Below, one piece after another: positions 59,901 through 64,000 of a stretch of 64,000 nt of DNA. The notes under the pieces are model-generated. The model did no database searches, had not been told where the DNA came from, and saw only the letters and a program-made list of their open reading frames with translations. Position numbers and translations under genes: made by a program. Numbering within the stretch: position 1 is the first letter of the stretch; the number at the start of each line of letters is the position of its first letter. Source of the stretch: a virus; IMG/VR virus record IMGVR_UViG_3300046168_000026, positions 112,265 to 176,264 of that record. The stretch is one strand, 5' to 3'.

Positions 59901-62900
59901 CATTTGAGTATGTGTTACCCGATGACCCACCTGCGGATTGTAATTGACTAAACGAAACTCCTGTTGAACCTGTACCTGCGTACTTGTATGAATTAGTTTT
60001 ATCAGTAATACCTTCAAATACAATCATATCGGTAATTGCACCATTTAATCCACCTGTTGCAATCGAACCTGCTGCGTTTGCAGGAATTGTATGTGATTCA
60101 TTTGTAAGGAAACCTGTTACTGCGTCAGAACCATCTGCACCTGGCGTTCCATCCGAACCACCTTCTACTTTGAATATTGTAATTGAATCAGATAAATCAC
60201 TTGCATTGTTCGATACCTCGATTGTAATTGGAAATTGATTTTTATTGGTAACTTTCCCTGCTGCATTGGATGCACCATTGTCAAATGTTAATGTAAATGT
60301 TTGAGTACCTGTACCATTTGTTACCGTACCACTTAAAGATGGAGTAGTAATCGAATTACCACCACCTTTAGTGATTGTAATATCACCTGTATCAATTGTA
60401 TGTGCTAAGTTCTGCTGAACTACACTCATAGTAATTGTAGTAGGAGTTGAAGTTGTATCACTTGAGTCATCAAACGCAAAGGTTTGAGAATCCGAAAGTA
60501 AAGTTAGTGACCTTGCCGTTGAACCATCTAAACCATCATCACCTTGTCTTGCTACTGCAACCGACATAGTTTTTGCAATTTGAGTACTTGCACTTACTGC
60601 CGTCAATACAATAGAACCACTAAATGGTGAAGTTGTATTTGTAATGGTTACTGGATTAGTACCACTCGTTGTTATATGTGCTGATTTAGTAACAGATATA
60701 CTATAATCACTTGTACTATCAGTCACACCCTCAAATACTATCATCTCAGTACTTGCACCTGCGAATGAAATAACTTCATCAGATGAACTTAATGGAAGTG
60801 TATGAGAATCGTTTGTTAAAAGCGCTGAAACTGCGGATGTACCATCTGAACCTGGCGAACCATCTGAACCACCTTCGACTTTAAATATTTTTACTGAATC
60901 AGTTAACCCATCTTTGGTACAAGAAATTTCAACAGGTAAATATCCTTTAGTTTGTTGCATCCCACCTGCGGATTGTCCACCGACCCACTTTAAACTACCA
61001 CTTACAATACCAGTTCCATTTGAAACATCACTATTATCAAAAGCAAATCCCGTTACTACCGTACCACCATTTCTTGTAATTGTAATATCACTTGTTCCAA
61101 TAGTACCTGTAAGATTTTGTTGTTGGAAACTAAATATAATATTAGATGGGGTTGCTGAAGAATCTGATGAATCATCAAAAGCAAATACAGGCGAATCTAA
61201 ACTACCAATTAGTAATTTAGCGGATGTACCTGGATTACCATCTGCACCTTGTTTAGTTCGTGTAAGTGACATTGTTTTAATCAATCGTGTACTTGAACTA
61301 ACTGCGTTAATTGTTAGTGACCCCGAATCAGCACTTAGGCCTGTTATACTAAAATGATTATGACCTGCCGTTGTTGCATTACCTGACGAACCACCTGCTG
61401 ATTGTAAATGTGAAAATGTTGTTCCTGTCGATGCCGTAGCAGAGAATAAGTAATTAGATGATTTGTCTGTAACACCTTCGAATACTTTTACATCAGTTAC
61501 ACCACCTGCGAATGATGCAATACTACCACCCGAATCTGCAGGAAAGTTATGATTCTCATTTGTTAAGAAAGCGGTAACTGCATCCGTTCCATCTGTACCA
61601 GATGTTCCACCTTCTACTTTAAATACTTTTATACTATCTGTAAATGAGTCTTTACTTACTTCAATTGTAATTGGTAAATGAGTTTTAGATACGACTTTAC
61701 CTGCCGCCGGAGTTGCCCCATTATCAAATGTAATACTACCACTTAATAAACCAGAACCATCACTTACATTACCACCTAATGATGGTGTTGTGATTGTTCC
61801 ACCACCATTCTTAGTAATGGTAACATTACCTGTTGAAAGTGCCCCACTTAAATTTTGTTGATTGATAATAAACGATATTGAACTTGGTGTTGCAGTAGTA
61901 TCTGCAGATGTATCAAAAGCGTAAACTTGAGAATCAACAGTAACTTGTAATGTTTTAGCATTAGAACCTGCGAGACCTGCAGTACCTTGTTTTGATTTAA
62001 CCAAGGACATTGTTTTTGCAAGTTGTGTACTTGAACTTACTGCAGTAATTACTACTGACCCACTATCGTGTCCTGCTGCTGATATTGTTAATACATTTCC
62101 ATTTGTACCACCCAATGCTGATGTTACTCCTAAACTACCTGTTCTACTATAAGAATAGTTTTCAGTTACATCTACAACACCTTCAAAGACAACCATTTCT
62201 GAAGTTGCGCCATTAAAACTAACAACTGTTCCATCTGATTGTGCAGCGAAGGTATGTGCTTCATTGGTTAAGAATGCCGTTACTGCATCTTGACCATCAG
62301 AACCTGGTGAACCATCTGAACCACCCTCTACCTTAAATAATTTTATTGTATCGGTTAATCCATTTTTAGTTGCTGATATTGTAATTGGGAAATGTGATTT
62401 AGTTCCTTCTATACCACCTGCATTTAGATTATTTCCAAACACAATACTACCACTTGCTATACCACTAAACTTTCCATCAGTAGAAGTTACATTAGTATTG
62501 TTGAAAGCAAAGTTTGTAATAGCATCATCACCTTGAGTTGTGATTGTAACATCACTACTTCCAATTGCGGCGTTTAAGTTTTGTTGGTTAAATGAGAATA
62601 TAACATTTGTAGGTGTAGCCGTATTATCTGATGCACTATCAAATGCCATCACTTGTGAATCTAAACTTGCTACTAATGTTTTAGCATTAGAACCTGCGAG
62701 TCCCTCTGCACCTTTTGCACCTGCAGCACCTGCGGTTGATTTTGCAAGTGACATAGTTTTAACTAATTGAGTACTTGCACTAACCGCGGTTACTGTTAAA
62801 GAACCACTATCATGTCCCATTGCGGTTATACTAAATGTATCTGTGCTTTGATTAAAACTAACACCCAACGAACCTGTTCCACTAAATGAATACTTTGATG

Positions 62901-64000
62901 TCTTATCAGTAATACCTTCAAAGACAACCATATCAGTAACACCTTGACTAAAGTCTGATACTGTTCCTGATGAGTTTGCAGGGAATGTATGTGATTCGTT
63001 AGTTAAGAATGCCGTTACTGCATCTTGACCATCTGTACCTGGCGTTCCGTCTGCACCACCTTGTACTTTAAATATTGTTGTACTATCAGTTATATCATCT
63101 TTAGTAACCGATAGGGTTAATGGTAAGTCAGTTTTATTTAATGACAATCCACTAAAAGATAAACTACCACTTTGTTGTCCTGACCCTGATACTATTCCTG
63201 AAGTCCCACCTAATGATGGTGTTGATATTGTTGAACCACCTGCTTTAGTGATTGTGATATCACTTCCTGCGATTGTAGCTGACAGGTTTTGTTGACTGAT
63301 TGTAAAGTTGATTACATTCGGAGTTGCGGAAGTATCCGTTGAATCATCAAATGCGTACACCGATGAGTCGGTTGTTATTTGTAATGACTTTGCAGTTGCA
63401 GATTCCGTTACGGCGTTAATTGCTTCTTCTACTGATTGAAATCCACCTTCTGGTGCAGTTATTTGAATAGTACCTTTTACTACTAAGTTAGTACCATCCC
63501 ATGTAAATTTATCACCTAATGAGAATTTTGAATCCGAACCTAAAAAGAATCCTGTGTTTGTATTACCATGTGTTCCGACACCTGTAAACAATTTGGAATC
63601 TTGCATTTTGATTCCACCAATAGAACCTGTGTTTGCTATTATACCACCTTGAAGGAATACATTATCAGTTGCCAATCCAAATCCTGGATTTGAATTACCG
63701 AATACATAAGATGAGTTAGCCAACCCACTTAAATCACCCAATCGAACTTTTAATCCAACATCATATAATCCACTACCTGTTCTTTCAACAATATCCATAA
63801 ACGGAGTATTGGTGTCTCGTGGATTTGCATTCATTTTAATGTAACCACTACCACTCAGTCCAGTTGATACTATCACCTGACCTTCATCGTATGGTTGAGC
63901 TGCTGATGCTAAATCACCAACAAAATCACCTTGTGACCCACTTCCATATCCTCTTGTTACATATAGTCTACCATGTACTTCGTCTGCGCCAGAATTATCA
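56974..64000 (-). CDS. Giant tail fibre/adhesin (>2340 aa, runs off window): paired Ig-like repeats, short collagen, mini-intein, C-terminal chaperone-like domain
   Basis: The frame is open to the window edge. Five paired repeats (DS.V.AFD...TP...QQNL / AVTAFLTNE.H.F). C-terminal GHQ..GDLV..VVG..GDLLCSS..GYLMKQ..TVAK..YCG resembles fibre intramolecular chaperones. Confidence 0.8.
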   Translation of the reverse strand, partial: DNSGADEVHGRLYVTRGYGSGSQGDFVGDLASAAQPYDEGQVIVSTGLSGSGYIKMNANPRDTNTPFMDIVERTGSGLYDVGLKVRLGDLSGLANSSYVFGNSNPGFGLATDNVFLQGGIIANTGSIGGIKMQDSKLFTGVGTHGNTNTGFFLGSDSKFSLGDKFTWDGTNLVVKGTIQITAPEGGFQSVEEAINAVTESATAKSLQITTDSSVYAFDDSTDTSATPNVINFTISQQNLSATIAGSDITITKAGGSTISTPSLGGTSGIVSGSGQQSGSLSFSGLSLNKTDLPLTLSVTKDDITDSTTIFKVQGGADGTPGTDGQDAVTAFLTNESHTFPANSSGTVSDFSQGVTDMVVFEGITDKTSKYSFSGTGSLGVSFNQSTDTFSITAMGHDSGSLTVTAVSASTQLVKTMSLAKSTAGAAGAKGAEGLAGSNAKTLVASLDSQVMAFDSASDNTATPTNVIFSFNQQNLNAAIGSSDVTITTQGDDAITNFAFNNTNVTSTDGKFSGIASGSIVFGNNLNAGGIEGTKSHFPITISATKNGLTDTIKLFKVEGGSDGSPGSDGQDAVTAFLTNEAHTFAAQSDGTVVSFNGATSEMVVFEGVVDVTENYSYSRTGSLGVTSALGGTNGNVLTISAAGHDSGSVVITAVSSSTQLAKTMSLVKSKQGTAGLAGSNAKTLQVTVDSQVYAFDTSADTTATPSSISFIINQQNLSGALSTGNVTITKNGGGTITTPSLGGNVSDGSGLLSGSITFDNGATPAAGKVVSKTHLPITIEVSKDSFTDSIKVFKVEGGTSGTDGTDAVTAFLTNENHNFPADSGGSIASFAGGVTDVKVFEGVTDKSSNYLFSATASTGTTFSHLQSAGGSSGNATTAGHNHFSITGLSADSGSLTINAVSSSTRLIKTMSLTRTKQGADGNPGTSAKLLIGSLDSPVFAFDDSSDSSATPSNIIFSFQQQNLTGTIGTSDITITRNGGTVVTGFAFDNSDVSNGTGIVSGSLKWVGGQSAGGMQQTKGYLPVEISCTKDGLTDSVKIFKVEGGSDGSPGSDGTSAVSALLTNDSHTLPLSSSDEVISFAGASTEMIVFEGVTDSTSDYSISVTKSAHITTSGTNPVTITNTTSPFSGSIVLTAVSASTQIAKTMSVAVARQGDDGLDGSTARSLTLLSDSQTFAFDDSSDTTSTPTTITMSVVQQNLAHTIDTGDITITKGGGNSITTPSLSGTVTNGTGTQTFTLTFDNGASNAAGKVTNKNQFPITIEVSNNASDLSDSITIFKVEGGSDGTPGADGSDAVTGFLTNESHTIPANAAGSIATGGLNGAITDMIVFEGITDKTNSYKYAGTGSTGVSFSQLQSAGGSSGNTYSNGHNHFKITALTKDSGSLEINAISGSGSQKVIIAKTMSFSKSKQGSAGAQGGKGAQGGQGAQGGKGGKGAAGSAGSTGAKGSTGAQGADNQDFSFLGDTLSAIPFPAPAGLVMNSEVLGYHNTLTAAATINDMSAFMDNDGNFYLGSGSGALGAGYFAWDNTAKTLLISGSGVDFAVQEFYFGRGLTSISGSNGNIKISGDVELVGRNQPEALYFEDFNAATREARPSYIDQGKNPKLDGSGVGMALVSGAITANDSITDTDYGQFFGPVAIIGNNSGTDDMAWLSSNTVMPFNPNSLYEIEVRVQRAAGSYNYIYAGITAFSSSLHTDGSTKLTAINAAGSTSGTGGNYNSQHYFAASGAQPTIGEWVIYKGYFKGTAGTYQTSGVHPNIHDPGQVWTTTNAFAPMILVNYNNAPGKVYIDYIKVTEFAGGGGSTTISGDSIKTGTIRSNNLSTTNGSIISLDKGTFKMGGTSSPKLEFDGTTLSIDGTVTAGAGSIGGWTIGSSHIGTKGTATSNDTYGEFTLGSSGYISAPQFKIAQDGTATFKGILEDTATFKSGSTTKAFNTMFGVDATGLILKVPRFRDSDGTVKNAATRFTNLEDDIDTELTAISTAYGGSYSCVLPGTKIITKRGEINIEDTKDDDIIKVFNFETKEWDWSPIDHITRDKVEGWSLIKTESGKELKCSNSHLLYHPDYPNSAIAIDELGVGGELYVADGENLVIDKIKSIETFDEEVEVWNYELDVVHNYVSNGILSHNTSSKLSPAPTGPSGLETTLGHQYKKDVTSDINSGDLVKLGVNNELHKVTTAKDTNVVGILWEKLELSYVQKFEGFGLGKNDTSDSDELTPPEEYYSASRKDSFGDYIPVSQTGSKEIWKVASIGDSVTQDESGSFVLPGFKLCNQGGDVNKGDLLCSSDTPGYLMKQPSEWVVTSFSGSSPLYEERQSHTSYTVAKCMISSSWDSNGRMENVYGYLYCG
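57634..58044 (-). other. Mini-intein / Hint domain (137 aa) inside tail fibre
   Basis: S|CVLPGTKI...LKCSNSHLL (block B His)...VWNYELDVVHNYVSNGILSHN|T. Cys1, terminal His-Asn and +1 Thr are all present; no endonuclease domain. Confidence 0.85.

Noticed and set aside
1-64000. Stop-codon reassignment
   Set aside because: Conserved core genes (terminase, portal, capsid, sheath) are intact in the standard code, and TAA, TAG and TGA all serve as terminal stops.
56974-64000. Diversity-generating retroelement targeting the fibre
   Set aside because: No reverse transcriptase and no template/variable repeat pair with adenine-specific differences was seen in the window.
1-64000. tRNA, rRNA, integrase or transposase genes
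   Set aside because: None recognised; intergenic gaps are short and accounted for by promoters, terminators and leaders.

Overview
This window is the virion-morphogenesis region of a large T4-like (myovirus, probably jumbo) phage. Essentially every real gene is on the minus strand, in the standard genetic code. In transcription order it holds: a giant repeat tail fibre with a mini-intein; a block of putative internal-head (poly)proteins; a lysis-like membrane protein; terminase, portal and prohead protease; ribosomal protein bS21; scaffold, major capsid and PhoH; several fibre/adhesin genes; two ~1000-residue collagen-like fibres, each with an N-terminal Hint domain; a 2OG-Fe(II) oxygenase, a GT2 and a GT4::lysyl-hydroxylase fusion; neck proteins, sheath and tube; gp26/gp51-like chaperones, tape measure and baseplate; and the start of a family A DNA polymerase. 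Two TTTG-N20-TATATTAG promoters, bS21 and a DUF6734-like gene point to a Bacteroidota host (inference). The best candidate for an undescribed system is a procollagen-like maturation locus at 17.2-28.9 kb: two collagen chains with self-cleaving Hint pro-domains, directly followed by dedicated hydroxylases and glycosyltransferases. Other candidates are protease-cleaved head polyproteins joined by ESVNE linkers encoded by a 16-bp DNA repeat, a bS21/Shine-Dalgarno translation switch, a TATTTATA late-promoter motif, a possible +1 chaperone frameshift and a three-way-junction leader RNA. At least six single-base homopolymer indels split genes and are probably consensus errors. All family assignments come from motif recognition by eye; no database searches were run.
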